NCBI RefSeq assembly: GCF_963921235.1
Contig: NC_086097.1
Span: 162,752,001-162,816,000 of the forward strand
Direction of reading: 5' to 3'
Source: Mobula hypostoma
Lineage: Eukaryota
Length of the DNA stretch: 64,000 nt
A program made the translations under genes and the position numbers. Each line of letters opens with the position of its first letter. The first letter of the stretch is position 1. Shown piece after piece: positions 50,290 through 62,319 of the stretch. Below the pieces are notes generated by a model, which was given only the letters and a program-made list of their open reading frames with translations, did no database searches and was not told the origin of the DNA.

Positions 50290-50920
50290 CCCTAGAGAGT
50301 GTGGTACAACAGAAGAACTAGGAGCATAAACGGACAGTTTTCCAAATGTTATGTCACAGGTGGACAGGATGGTGACCGCATTGTTTGGTATGTTGACCTT
50401 CAGTCAGGGCATCGAATACAGGAGTTGAGACTGAGGTTGTACAGGATGCTGGTCATGCTTCACTTGGAGAATTGTGAACAGTTTTGATTACCTTATTATA
50501 GAAGAGACATCGTTAAGCTGAAAAAAGTGTGAAGAAGATGTATGAGAATATTCCTGCCTGACTTATAGGGAGAGGCTGGGCAAAATAGGACTTTATTCCT
50601 TGGAGCATAGGAGACTGAGAGGTGACCTTCCAGTGGTGCATAAAATCATGAAGGGCATAGATTGGTGAATGTACACAGCCTTTTTCCCCAGGAAAAAGTG
50701 AATTAAAAACTGAAGGAGCACAGGTTTAATGCAAGAGAAGAAAGATTTAAAAGGTACATGAGGGCCAAGTTCTTCATGTAGAGGGTGTTGAATAAATGGA
50801 ACAAGCTGCCAGAGGAAGTAGTTGAGGAAGGTATAAGAGTAACAGTTGAAAACACTTGTAGGCAGGAACATTGAAAGGAATTGTTATGTAGGCCAAAGCT
50901 GAGCAGGATGGGGTACTGGC
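50290..50920 (+). mobile_element. Old CR1 3' fragment
   Basis: LRLYRMLVMLHLENCEQF, then ttattccttggagcataggagactgagaggtgacctt, typical of the CR1 ORF2 end. Confidence 0.7.
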
Positions 50921-51377
50921 ACAGTAGAACATTGACACTTTTCAGAAACCTAGAACAAGAACAAGTACTGGTGATGATAATGTACCAGCTGAATGTTAAA
51001 GGAGATGAATCCTTTTGTGTTTTATCATTTAAGCATGCTCACTCAGGGCTGGACAATTACACGCTGTAATTGTGTAAAGCCTGCTATGCTTACAAAACAA
51101 ATCAGACCCGTGATCCTGCCTCCGGGATTCCATGGAGACTCTGAAATATTGGCTGGCTCTTAAAGACAACAGTGTTTCTAATATTTAATACAGACTCTGT
51201 TTCCCCTGGAAGACTATGTAAATCATCCTATTATTGGAAATAATTAGTTAAACTACCATTTTGGAGGAAGATTACAGATTAAAGTGATTTAAACAATCTT
51301 TTTCACACTCATTTGCGAGAGCAGGATTTAATTAATTTCCCTTGGGAAGATTGTTTCTGCCCTGGTTCTTTCCAAGT

Positions 51378-51638
51378 GACCTGGCTGGTGGCGTAGTGGC
51401 ATCAGTGCCGGACTTCGGGATGAATGGTCCCGAGTTCGAATCCAGCCGGCTCCCCTGAATGCTTTCCACCCATGCTGGGTTATGAACTGCTGATCTCTTT
51501 GGAATCTCACCCGGCAGAAGGCAATGGCAAACCACTGCTGTAAGTTGCCTCGTACACAGTTCCCCACTACATCAGAGAGGCGTGGAGAGAAATCGTCCGC
51601 TAACCAGAGAAACTCTGGATGTGATGTGCTTTTCCTTT
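51378..51638 (+). mobile_element. tRNA-derived SINE with RTE-type body/tail and 12-bp TSD
   Basis: A box TGGCGTAGTGG, B box GAGTTCGAATCC. RTE-like GAAGGCAATGGCAAACCAC. TSD TTCTTTCCAAGT (51366-51377, 51639-51650). Confidence 0.85.
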
Positions 51639-51680
51639 TTCTTTCCAAGTACTACAACTGACTGAGGATAACTTGGGAAC

Positions 51681-51871
51681 ACACACTAAATGTTGGAAAA
51701 CTCAGCAGGCCAGGCTGCATCTTTGGAAACGTTGAGTCCTGGTTAAGGGTCTCGGCCCAAAATGTCGACTGTTCACTCTTTTCCATAGATGCTGCCTGGC
51801 CTGCTGAGTTCCTCCAGCATTTTGTGTATGTCTCTCTGGATTTCCAGCATCTGCAGATTTTCTTGTGTTTG
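51681..51871. mobile_element. Minimal PLE-terminus foldback insertion with 12-bp TSD
   Basis: TSD TAACTTGGGAAC (51669-51680, 51872-51883). Inverted arms around a degenerate hammerhead at 51735-51770. Confidence 0.85.
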
Positions 51872-51943
51872 TAACTTGGGAACTTAAGAATAGGTGCAAG
51901 TCTCAAATGAACTGTGGATTCATTAACATTAATCATCATTTAC

Positions 51944-52097
51944 CCAGTGCAGCAAATCCTGTGCCGTCAAAGAACGAGCCCTCTTGAATGGTAGCATAAC
52001 ATCTGCTCACAGTGAGGATAGAGACTGGCCTCTCCATGTCCAGGGGCTTGCTATTCAAGGTCACACCACTAAGACAAGCAGGAATACTATGTGTTGC
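51944..52097 (-). CDS. LAMA1: LAMA1 exon (LG4 end / LG4-LG5 linker)
   Basis: ccacag|GCA...CTG G|gtaaat. 154 nt, phase 0/1. ATHSIPACLSGVTLNSKPLDMERPVSILTVSRCYATIQEGSFFDGTGFAAL. Confidence 0.96.
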
Positions 52098-52212
52098 CTG
52101 TGGAACAACAAAGAAACCAAACATGTTGACAAAGAGATGAAAGTCTAATAATTCACATCAGATTGAATTTTTTGAGCTTTTTCTCATTTAATGGGATTTA
52201 ATGCCTTCCATA

Positions 52213-52437
52213 GGCCAGCTAGTGGCATAGTGGCATCAGCGCCGGACTTCGGAGCGAAGGCTCCCGAGATTGAACCCAGCTGGCTCCCCGGGCACGCTTT
52301 CCATCCGTGCTTGGTTGAGCATTGAGCTAGCAACTTGACCTTGTAAAAAAGAAATTGCCTGCTACAGAAACATCAACAGCAGAAAGTTGATGCCTATGCT
52401 CTCTCATGAGTTTAAAAGGCAATTTCCTTCTTTTCCC
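52213..52437 (+). mobile_element. tRNA-derived SINE (same head as 51378, different 3' part) with 16-bp TSD
   Basis: TSD TTTAATG(C/T)CTTCC(A/G)TA at 52197-52212 and 52438-52453. Confidence 0.8.
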
Positions 52438-54704
52438 TTTAATGTCTTCCGTAATGTTTTATTTAATATGATACAACTTGGACTAGGCAGAGACAATTGT
52501 AATGAGATTCCCTGTGTACTTCCAATTGCTGGAATTTTGGATAATAATGAATAACAGTCTCTGCTGAATACCTAGAGGGATTTATTCATAGGCAGTTCAG
52601 GGCTTCTTTGAATACAGTAAATGGGTAAATCATTGCTTAAAAGCAGACTCAGGCTGCCTAGCTTTTAAACATAAACACAGGAAGATATTAACCATTTAAT
52701 GACCCCTGAATTGACAAAACAAGTGACCCTGAAGCAATTTAAAGGAGAAGTACAGAAGACTGAATGCCCGTGACAAACTCATCGGCACTCTTGTAACAGT
52801 GAGTGCTATAGGGAAACGATCTGATGTGTGAATAGTGATGCAACTAATTTGCTCTATAGCATTCTACAAATCAAAGTGCAAATCTGCCTTAATGTAAGTT
52901 AGTCTTTAAGTACACTAGACTGTTATTAGTGCGGCCACCCTATCTTTCATGCAACATCTCCACAATGTACAGTAACAAACATGTCAAGGCTTCTTCAGAA
53001 GTATCTCAAGTGTACATGTCGGATGGAAAGTGGAGGACACTATGAATTCATCTGCCATCCTGGCTGGTAAAGACAATTGTTACTCCTTCGTTGTGTCTGG
53101 AATCACCAACTCAACAGCACTGCAAAGTATTTTCACTATCAGGCCTGCAGCTAATTCAGAAGGTGGTACATCACAACCTACTCAAGAACAATTGGGACAA
53201 AATAGGGGTTTCTCAACCTTTCAAATCTAAGGCAAAATTGGTTGTGATTGGTTTATTTCTGTTCTAAAGCTCTAAATGCAAACTCTCCACATGGGGATCT
53301 GGGTAAGAGATGAGGGAAGCAATGCATGAACGTTCCCGCTAGAATTTTAATAGCAATCTTTCACAATGGGTACATAGTTTGATAGTAAGCCCAGCTTACC
53401 TGTCCTGGTACAAACAGGGGGAAAATTGCTGCTGTCCAAGTCAGGTAGTATTCACCTCGCATTTCTTGCCGACGAGACCTAACCAGACATTCTGACTGTG
53501 GCTGGGACCTATGCATCTGCTCAAGATCATGCATGAAATAGACGTATTTTTATAGTCTGTGATGCTGCTGCAGCTAAGTTTTTTCACTGCACCTGTGCAT
53601 ATGACAATAAACTCAACTTTGGGAAGACAATATTTCTACTTAGCAGGAATGAGTTTGATGATGCACACTGCATTTTACCAGATTCATTAATTAAATTGCT
53701 GACGGGCTGAGGTTTTTAGCTTGGGAAGTTATTTTGGGTGTGAGCTGGCCCCTCAACTTGTGGCCACAAGAGTGTGAGACAAACCTTTTACGGCTGGTCA
53801 CCTACATCCATCAACCATCCATATCAATACTACTCTCAACTGCAAAAATCTTTGTTAAATACACTTAGCTGGAGAGCTTGATTGTTTCACTAAACCATCT
53901 CTTTATTCCTGAGATCTAGACAGTACTTTGTTAATCTCAGTCTGTGCTCATTTTTAATGAAGATCTGAATTTACAAATGTAAGCAAAGAATAGGAAGATG
54001 GTTTTATCAAAATCCCTTCCTGGAATCCGGTTTCCATTTCCTCCTTGGTTCTTCCACATCCTTCATTAATAAGAGGACGGCACAGGATGGAGACATTTCA
54101 ATAGATGCTGATAATGCTATTTCCTATAACGTATGCTGAGGAACATTTTACCCTCCTTCCTTTCTATGCCCCCTTTCTCTTCCTTAAACACATCCTGAAA
54201 CCCAGCTACCCAGCAGTCTGTCATGAAGAGCTCAATTCAGATGGTGTTATTTCCCTGTGTGTTCATAAATGGGACACTTTGTGCAAAGGCTGCGGATAAT
54301 AAGACGACTGCTGGATAACATTTAGCTTAGGCACAGAGTTAGGATTATATGGTTCTAATAATAAAATATACAATGCTACCTTCAGAGGAACAGCTGGCAA
54401 GTCATTTTTCCTCATTGATAAAACTATGTACCAGAAATCAATCTCAGCTGCACTTAAATTATGTTTGCATTCACTTTGCTTTAAGAACATCACATATCAC
54501 TTCCAAAATACTCATTCAGACGACTGATCTTCCTCTCTATTTGTGGAACATGTTGGTATTTGTGCGACAATGGTCAAAAAAGAACCATGAGACTAAAAGG
54601 GCAGGCAGAAATAAGATGTGCTGTATTTCATGCTGCTTCACAGCTCTGGAATCTGGTTTCGATCCTGGCCCCGGGTGCTGCCTGTGTGAGCTTACACCAT
54701 GACA

Positions 54705-55215
54705 TATCGAGTGTTGTGAGCAGTTTTGGGCCATATGCCTAAGCAAGGATGTGCTGGAATTGAAGAGGATCCAGAGGAAGTTTATGAGAATGATCCTGGG
54801 AGGGAAGATTTAATGTATTGTATGAGGAGCTTTGATGGCCCTGGGCCTGTACTCACTGAAGTTTAGAAGAATTGGGGCGGGTGGGTGGGGGACTCATTGA
54901 AACCTACCTAGTATTGAAAACCTAGATAGAGTGGAAGTGGAGAGGATGTTTCCCCATACTAGGAGTCTCGGACTAGAGTGTGCAGCCTCAGAACAGAAGG
55001 ATGTCCTTGGAAGCAGAGATTAGGAGGAATTTCTTTAGCCAAAGGGTGGTGAAACTGTAGAATTCATTGCTACAGCTGCCTGTGGAGACCAAGTTATTGG
55101 GCATATGGGGTGAAGGCAGGAGAATGGGGTTGAGAGGGAAAGTAAATCAGCCATGATGGAATGGAGGAGCAAACTTGATGAGCCAATTGGTGTAATTCTG
55201 CTTCTGTGTCTTATG
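54705..55215 (+). mobile_element. CR1 3' fragment inserted in a V-SINE
   Basis: CR1 ORF2 end and 3'UTR. A SINE head lies at ~54620-54700 and V-domain-like ggtttctgcagcatgctccagtt resumes at ~55219. Confidence 0.75.
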
Positions 55216-55928
55216 GCTGGTTTCTGCAGCATGCTCCAGTTCTTTGAGATGTGCAAGTAGCTTCAACGACGACTGAAGATGATTCCTTTGTGTAGGTCGA
55301 GAAATGAAAGGGGAGTTGATGGACATGTGACAGGGAATGGGTCACTGGGAAAGGAGACTGATGGGAATGCCCTACTGGGAACTGGTGGGCTGAATGGCCT
55401 CCTGTGCCGTAATTACTACCAAATACAGAATCACTAACAAAGGATATATTATGTCAAAGAAGTAATTAAGGTAAATAGAGCACATGTTGGAAATTTTCAG
55501 CACAGAAAGCAACATCTGCTGAAAGAACTGAAATGTAACTGCCTCTTTCTCCAGAGACGCTGCTTGACCTGCTGATTGTTCCAAAGACCGAGTCTGAACA
55601 AGTCTGCAGTGGTTATTATTTCTACTTTTGATTTGGCTCAGCTTCTGAGAGACCAAAACCTGATGCACCTTTTTTTCCTGTATTTTTAATAAAGTACTTC
55701 ATTTAACCAACTACTAACAAAATTGAGAAAACACTCCTAACATAAAGCAAATGTATATTAAAAAAAAACAAAAACATTTCAAGTCCATTTAGAATATTCT
55801 GCTCACTTTGTACAAGGTTTCTCACAGGAAGAGTGGGGCCATGGATCAGTACTTCTGATGTTGTATCATTACTGATAATGACAAACAGAGGTAGCATGCT
55901 AACAAATAGACATTGAAGCTATTCTTAC

Positions 55929-56081
55929 ATTTCCTATTTTCTTGGCTTTGTAATCCGGTGGCAAGCCTCCAAGGTACAACTTCTCTTCCACATCCAAAGA
56001 GTTGCCATCGCCCACAGCAGAACTGGATTCCTTCCCATCTACTGTGATCACAGCTCTACGCTTTGCGTATTCTGTTTTTAC
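55929..56081 (-). CDS. LAMA1: LAMA1 exon (LG4)
   Basis: ccttaaag|GTA...AAT|gtaaga. 153 nt, phase 0/0. VKTEYAKRRAVITVDGKESSSAVGDGNSLDVEEKLYLGGLPPDYKAKKIGN. Missed by the ORF track. Confidence 0.95.
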
Positions 56082-56307
56082 CTTTAAGGAGATATACAGA
56101 AAAGGTATATAGAAGAAGCAAAGAGATTCCGTATGTCAAACCAGCTGTACTATAACACTGATCTGTTAATAGTTCACATTTTCAGCATTTTCTCTATTTT
56201 GGCCTTGTATGACAGCATATTTTCCTGTCATGGATGAAGTGAAAGGCATATTTTCATTGATCTACAGCATTAGAACTGATTAGCTTCCAAATAACTTACC
56301 TCATGAA

Positions 56308-57346
56308 GCAAACAAGAGAAAATCTGCCGATGCTGGAAATCCAAGCAACACACACAAAATGCTGGTAGAACTCAGCAGGCCAGGCAGCATCTATGGAAAA
56401 GAGTACAGTACAGGACTGGAGGAGAAAAGATGGGGAGTAGATTTAAAAGGTGGGGGGGAGGGGAGAGAGAAACACAAGGAGATAGGTGAAACTGGGAGGG
56501 GGAGGGGTGAAGTAAAGAGCTGGGAAGTTCATTGGTAAAGGAAATATGGGACTGGAGAAGGGGGAATATAATAGGAGGACAGAAGGCCATGGAAGAATGA
56601 AAAAGGGAGGAGCAGGACAGGCAAGGAGATAGGTGAGAGAGGGAAAAGGGAGGGTGGGGCCTTACCAGAAGTTTGAGAAGTCGATGTTCATGCCATCAGG
56701 TTGGAGGCTACCCAGACGGAATATCAGGTGCTGTTCCTCTGACCTGAGTGTAGCCTCATGGAGGCCATGGATAGACATAATGAGGCCTGATGTAGATTGG
56801 GAGGCTGCTTCGATGAGCACCTTCGCGAAAAGAAGGGGGATTTCCCAGTTGCCACCCATTTTAATTCCACTTCCCATTCTGGTATGTCTATCTATGGCCT
56901 CCTCTTACTGTCACGATGAGGCCACACTCAGGTTGGGGAAACACCACCTTTTATGTCGTCTGAGTAGCCTCCAACCTGATGGCATGAATTTTGATTTCTC
57001 GAACTTCTGGTAATTTCCCCCCTGCCCCTCACCATTCCCCATCCCCTTTTCCCTCTCTCACCTTATCTCCTTCCCTGCCCATCGCTTCCCTCTGGTGCTC
57101 AGCTCTTTTTTTCTTTCTTCCATGGCCTTCCGTCCTCTCCTATTAGATTCCCCCTTCTTCAGCCCTGTATCTTTTTCACCAATCAACTTCCCAGCTCTTT
57201 ACTTCACCCCTCCCCCTAGTTTTTAAATCTACTCCTCATTTTTTTTCTCTCCAGTCCTACTAAAGGGCTTCAGTCCGAAATGTTGACTGTACTCTTTTCC
57301 ATAGATGCAGCCTGGCCTGCTGAGTTCCTCCAGCATTTTGTGTGTG
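56308..57346. mobile_element. Inverted pair of PLE 3' ends inserted as one unit, 12-bp TSD
   Basis: TSD TTACCTCATGAA (56296-56307, 57347-57358). Minus arm ~56308-56777, plus arm ~56790-57346. Both encode ..LQPDGMN.DFSNFW. Confidence 0.9.
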
Positions 57347-57897
57347 TTACCTCATGAAATGTGATTTACCACTGGACCCAACAATTGATGCCTCCTTTTA
57401 CTCTCAAAATTATTGCTCTCACCGATCAATTGCTGGTCAGGCTTCATTTGACAACTAACAACAGCTTGTATTTCTATACCAACGTTAACAAGGTATATAA
57501 TTTGGAGATGTTTCAGGTGCATAATTGAACAAAATGTAATATTTAGCCGCCTGGGGAATAAAAGAAATTGTTTTTAAAGACAGCCCTGCAAGAGAAGACA
57601 TAGAAATCCTGGGAGGTTTGGGAGACTGTGTGGTTTACACATGCTAACATTTTTTAATCAAAGTGGGAATACTCAAATGGTGGATTTTCATGAGGTTCTA
57701 TTGTAACTTCACTGGAGGAGTTAAAGCTTTCTACAGCTCTGCCCTTGAAATTTACCAAGAAAGGAAACACTTACAAAAAATACTCCAAATTTAACTTGGA
57801 AGAGAAGCAACAGAAGAAAGACTTAACAGAAGTTCACAAAACTAGGAAAAGCTGAATAAGAAGGAATTCCTCTCCTTAGCATAAAAGGTAATAACCA

Positions 57898-57980
57898 GTC
57901 TTGGCCCGAAATGTCAACTGTACCTCTTCCTATAGATGCTGCCTGGCCTGCTGTGTTCCACCAGCATTTTGGGTGTGTTG
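57898..57980 (+). repeat. Short PLE terminal repeat fragment
   Basis: tcttggcccGAAAtgtcaactgtacctcttcctatagatgctgcctggcctgctg, which is the 3' half of the hammerhead plus the repeat. Confidence 0.75.
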
Positions 57981-58723
57981 GAAGAGATTTAAGGTCATTT
58001 TGGAAGTATAGGAGGAGAATTGACGGTAATGCACATAAATGCTGGAGGAACATTTTGTGAGCTTTGTCTTGGAATTGAGGGACAACCTTTTAACTGGGTG
58101 GGAGGGACACTGTGGAATCGGGAGGCCCCCATTGATTCCATCAATGATACAATTGACCTATTTGGGAGAAAGCTCTAACTCAGCATTCAACATACTCAGA
58201 AGTGCCAGATGCCTGTTGTGGTGGAATAGGTTTGAAAGGCAGTTGGCCTTCCAGATCTCAGCAGGCTAAAAACAAGTCCAAGTGAATTTCTATTCTCATC
58301 AGCATAAACCACCACATGACATGATACACCTCTATGCTAATTTAATGCTTCATTTGGCTTCCAAGTGTTACAGTTAATACAAGGGCATACAATGTTATTT
58401 ACCATTGGTACTTGGCATGTTAAAAGTAATCTTCCAATTTGTTCAAGCTCAGCTGAACAATTCGAGTACAAGTCATTTGGGAAGTAGGTGCGCAATTAGG
58501 CAGTGTTGGCACTGTGGAAAGATAAGAGTCTTCACTAGTTACCTTGGAACTTTCAACTGCCTTTTATGGAACCCATGGTGGAGAAGGAATTATATTGTCA
58601 GTTTCCTAAATCATGATGTGAAAGAAATGGCTAACTTGAAATTTCTTTTACCTTGCATCTTGCATGCAAATGGAGACAAAACGGAGAGGTTAGTGAAATA
58701 TCAGACCTAACAACCAGACTTAC

Positions 58724-58913
58724 CGAATGCCACTGTCCATCGTTAATGGGGTTTGGCAGGGTGGCCATGGCCGTACCTCTCCCAAGGTTAAAGAGGAAAT
58801 GCAAACGCCCCATCCAAAGCTGAAGGGCTGCATAGTCAATCTGGTTTTGGTGAGCCATGTAGTAGATCAGTCCACTGGAGGCATATGTTCTAATGTTCAA
58901 CTGGATAGAAAAC
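58724..58913 (-). CDS. LAMA1: LAMA1 exon (LG4)
   Basis: ttggttag|G TTT...TCG|gtaagt. 190 nt, phase 2/0. FSIQLNIRTYASSGLIYYMAHQNQIDYAALQLWMGRLHFLFNLGRG...NDGQWHS. No further upstream exon was recognised in the window. Confidence 0.96.
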
Positions 58914-59759
58914 CTAACCAAAATGAGAAACACAATCATCAATTTTTCAAGTAACCACAATCTTTCCATTACACACTGCTTTGGTTCTAGTCTACGGCAA
59001 ACGTTCCTCACCAGAGTAAAACTTGATTCTTAGAAAATGAGATTCATATGTGAATTGTTGTTCTAGGAGAAGGTGGTTTATATTTGTGACATTTTTTTTC
59101 ATTAACACCACAACCATGAAACCTTCTTCAATACAAATCATCTGAAATCTGAGATTTGCATCATGGTATTTAAACACATCTTTAATTGATTCCTCAGCTT
59201 GATATTAACAGCAGTGAGCAATATGCTGAGCCATGAGATTTCAGCTTGTGGCGGTGTCCGTTTCTTTTGCCATTGATAGTCTATTGTGCCTCTAAGTTTT
59301 GAACTGCCTGATTTGATCTAACTCAAACTAATTTAGTATGGTCATAGAGGCGTAAAGCAATAGGGAGGATATTCTCAGTGTGACGACAGAAATGTGCCTT
59401 CATAACGGTGGTTACCACACCAGTACTATCATGGATAACTACACCTGCAACTGGCAGATTGATGAAATTGAGGTCAAGTAGATTTAAAGACGTCTTCCAG
59501 AAGATCAGAAGGGAAGATATTGATCTTAGTTCTTCCTTCTTTAATGCATAGTGTTGCAACCATAAATGTTCACATCCCTCCTACCTTCCTTCCCATGTTC
59601 TTCTCATTGTAGGATCCCCTAAAATTCACTTGTTTGGTACAAACAAGTGATTATGATTTTATGACATGCTTTGTTATAATCAAATTCTTAATCTCCCTTT
59701 TCAACTGTGGCAGTGTGCTATATTTAGATTTTGGGAATGCAATTTTTTAAAAACTGTTC

Positions 59760-60110
59760 ACTCAAGGGATGAGGGCTTTGCAGGCTGAGCCAGCATTTAG
59801 TTTTCAACAACGAGTTTCCCTTAACAAGGTGGCAACCAGCTGTCTTCTTGAACCACTGCAGTCCTTGAGCGATGGGCGTACCTACAACGCTGTTGAGGAA
59901 GGATTTCCAGGATTTTGACTGAGTGACAGTCAAGGAACAGCGTTATTTTTCCAACTCAGGATGGAGTTTGGTTTAGGGGGTAACTTTACCGTGGTGGTGT
60001 TGCTAGGGTTTTATCACCATTGTCCTTAGAGCTGGTAGAGGTTCTGAGTTTGGAAGGTTCCATTTAAGATCTTGATGAGTTGGTACAGTGCATCTTGTTG
60101 ATGATACAAA
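59760..60110 (-). mobile_element. Old LINE 3' fragment (CR1/L2-type)
   Basis: cttcttgaaccactgcagtcc..gatttccaggattttgac. Related decayed pieces at ~23480-23730 and ~38805-38910. Confidence 0.5.
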
Positions 60111-60721
60111 GTGAGTGAATGGCTATGGATGCGGTGCTTCGTAACTGGGCTACTGTGTCCTCTACGGCAAGATACATTGGTAGGAGTAGGACAGCCACAA
60201 ACAAGAATGATAGGGTAACTGCTCTCTGTTATTCCATGGAATTAAGCAGAGGAATATCAAGTCACAATAGTTCAGAAGATACTGCTAACATCAGCATTAA
60301 TAAAACTCATGAAGGCTATGCATTAATGTAGATGATTTGTATTTTTGGAAAGTGGTAGGAGTATTTGCACTGCTTTTTAAACGTCTGCTCGTGTAGTTGA
60401 AGTGGGATCCCCTAGCTCTTGATTCCTCAGCTAGGGGAAGACTTAGTTGCAGCAGAGTAAGTCCAACACAAGTTTCCCATGTTCTTCCCTTCATAAATCT
60501 ATGCTCATACTGCTAAATCCAATCATTCCCCATCATTGAAGTCAGGCTAACAATCAGTAATTTTCCTCTTACTTCTTTCATGAATAATAATAAGTTTATT
60601 AATTTGACATTCGTGGGAACTTCCTGTGTACAAATCAGTTTCCATATTCCCTACATTTATGGCAATGACTACATTTTAAAGCAACTCCATTGTCTGTACA
60701 TTGTCTCCACTGTCTTTAGGC

Positions 60722-60893
60722 CAGGGGTCGGCAACCTTTTTGCCTTTGTGGGCCGGATTGCGTATTAATGAGCGGATGGTGGGCCAGGTAAATGCCATAA
60801 AAAACTTGAAATATATGAACTATCCATTTAAATACATTTAGTTATGTTTTGCCTCAAATTAATGAATAACGCATGCTAGAAAATCTTGCATTC
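60722..60893 (+). mobile_element. Orphan hAT (Charlie-like) end
   Basis: CAGGGGTCGGCAACCTTTTT..GGGCCGGAT after a CTTTAGGC site. No partner TIR or TSD found. Confidence 0.6.
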
Positions 60894-62105
60894 TTTGAAT
60901 GCAAACCCTGTTAGGATTTCTGTACCATCGGAGAACCCATCAGTCGACAAAATACTAAAGTCTATTTGAAAAGATGGCCAGAGCTGGTTCACTCCATTAT
61001 CTGCAACAGTCCTAATTCATTTCTTAATGGGCAGAGGATCACAGGATTTTACTCAAGGTTGTTGTAATGAATAAAGTGGGAGATGAAAAAATGCATCAAG
61101 TCTGGGAAGAGAGGGCTATGCTTTTTGAAGTTTGGGTAATATTGGTGCAAAATGAAGGATGATTAACCCTGCAAGTAACTGGAACCATAACTTAACTTGG
61201 AAGCTCTTTATCAAAAATAAATAAATCCTAAACTGTGATAAAGATTAACAAGTTGATTGAGAAGTAACAGATGAAAAGCAAGGTCTTGGTATTTGGGGGT
61301 GGTGTGTTGGAACGGCAAGGACTTATGGGCAGGAAGTAAGGATGTACTATTTTCCACAGATGTTCTGGAGATTTACTGCAGGAGAGACTTTTAAATGATT
61401 TTTGCAGGTTTTCCACCCGACACTGAACCTCATTAACAGTGGGGCCAGAGCAGAGTTTGGGCAATCACAGGAATTGAAGTGAAGTAAATCTCAAAATGGG
61501 GGGATGGGAGGGATTGGTGGAGTCAGGATGGAGGATGGAAGTTATGGATAGTGGACTGGCAAACAGTAAGCTTGTAAAGAAGGAGTAGGGCACTTCTGTC
61601 ACTTGAAGCACAACTAGGAAAGGGACTTTACTGATTGGGCTCAGCCCTCCACTTCACACTATCTCAGTTCCACACACTGAAGAGGTTAAACATATAAAGC
61701 AAATACAGCACCGTATTTGTCAATGTAGAGCGGAGAGCAAGTTTGTAATGCTGGTTGGACAAAGGATGTTCGGGACAGCAAGGTGGAGTGCTACGGGAGG
61801 GGTGTAGGCAGGTGGCAGAAAAGGAGTGCCAGGGCCAGAGTGGGCACGGGCACAGACACACACAGACCCAAGACCAGGTAAGGTAATTTGATTCCAAATA
61901 ATTGATTTAGTGATCATTACAGAATGTCTCTCTGCTGCCTCCCATCTCCCTTTCCCTTTTCCCAACCATGATGCCCTTCTCCCTGGCCCCTTCCCACTCT
62001 CAGTTCACAATAGAGACCCATATCAGAATTAGATTTATCTTCACTCACGTCATGAAACTTGCTTTCCTTTGCGGCAGCAGTATAGTGCAATTGATAAAAT
62101 CCACA

Positions 62106-62310
62106 GGTGGCACAGTGGCGTAGTAGTTGGCACAACGCTGTACAGCTTAGGCGACCCGGATTCAGTTCCTGCCACTGCCTGTAAGGAGTTTGTATGTTCT
62201 CCGCGTGACCATGTGGGTTTCCTCCGGGTGCTCCAGTTTCCTCCCACAGTCCATTGTAAATTGCCCTGTGATTAGGCTAGGATTAAACTGGGGGACTTGC
62301 TGTGCGGCAT
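62106..62310 (+). mobile_element. V-SINE (tRNA head and V domain)
   Basis: TGGCGTAGTAG A box, GGATTCAGTTCC B-box-like, V-domain GTGGGTTTCCTCCGGGTGCTCCAGTTTCCTCCCAC. Decayed relatives at ~18630-18840 (+), ~26180-26430 (-) and ~30690-30900 (-). Confidence 0.8.
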
Positions 62311-62319
62311 GACACGGGA

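Noticed and set aside
51384..51460. tRNA gene
   Set aside because: A and B boxes are present, but it is the head of a TSD-flanked SINE and no complete cloverleaf forms.
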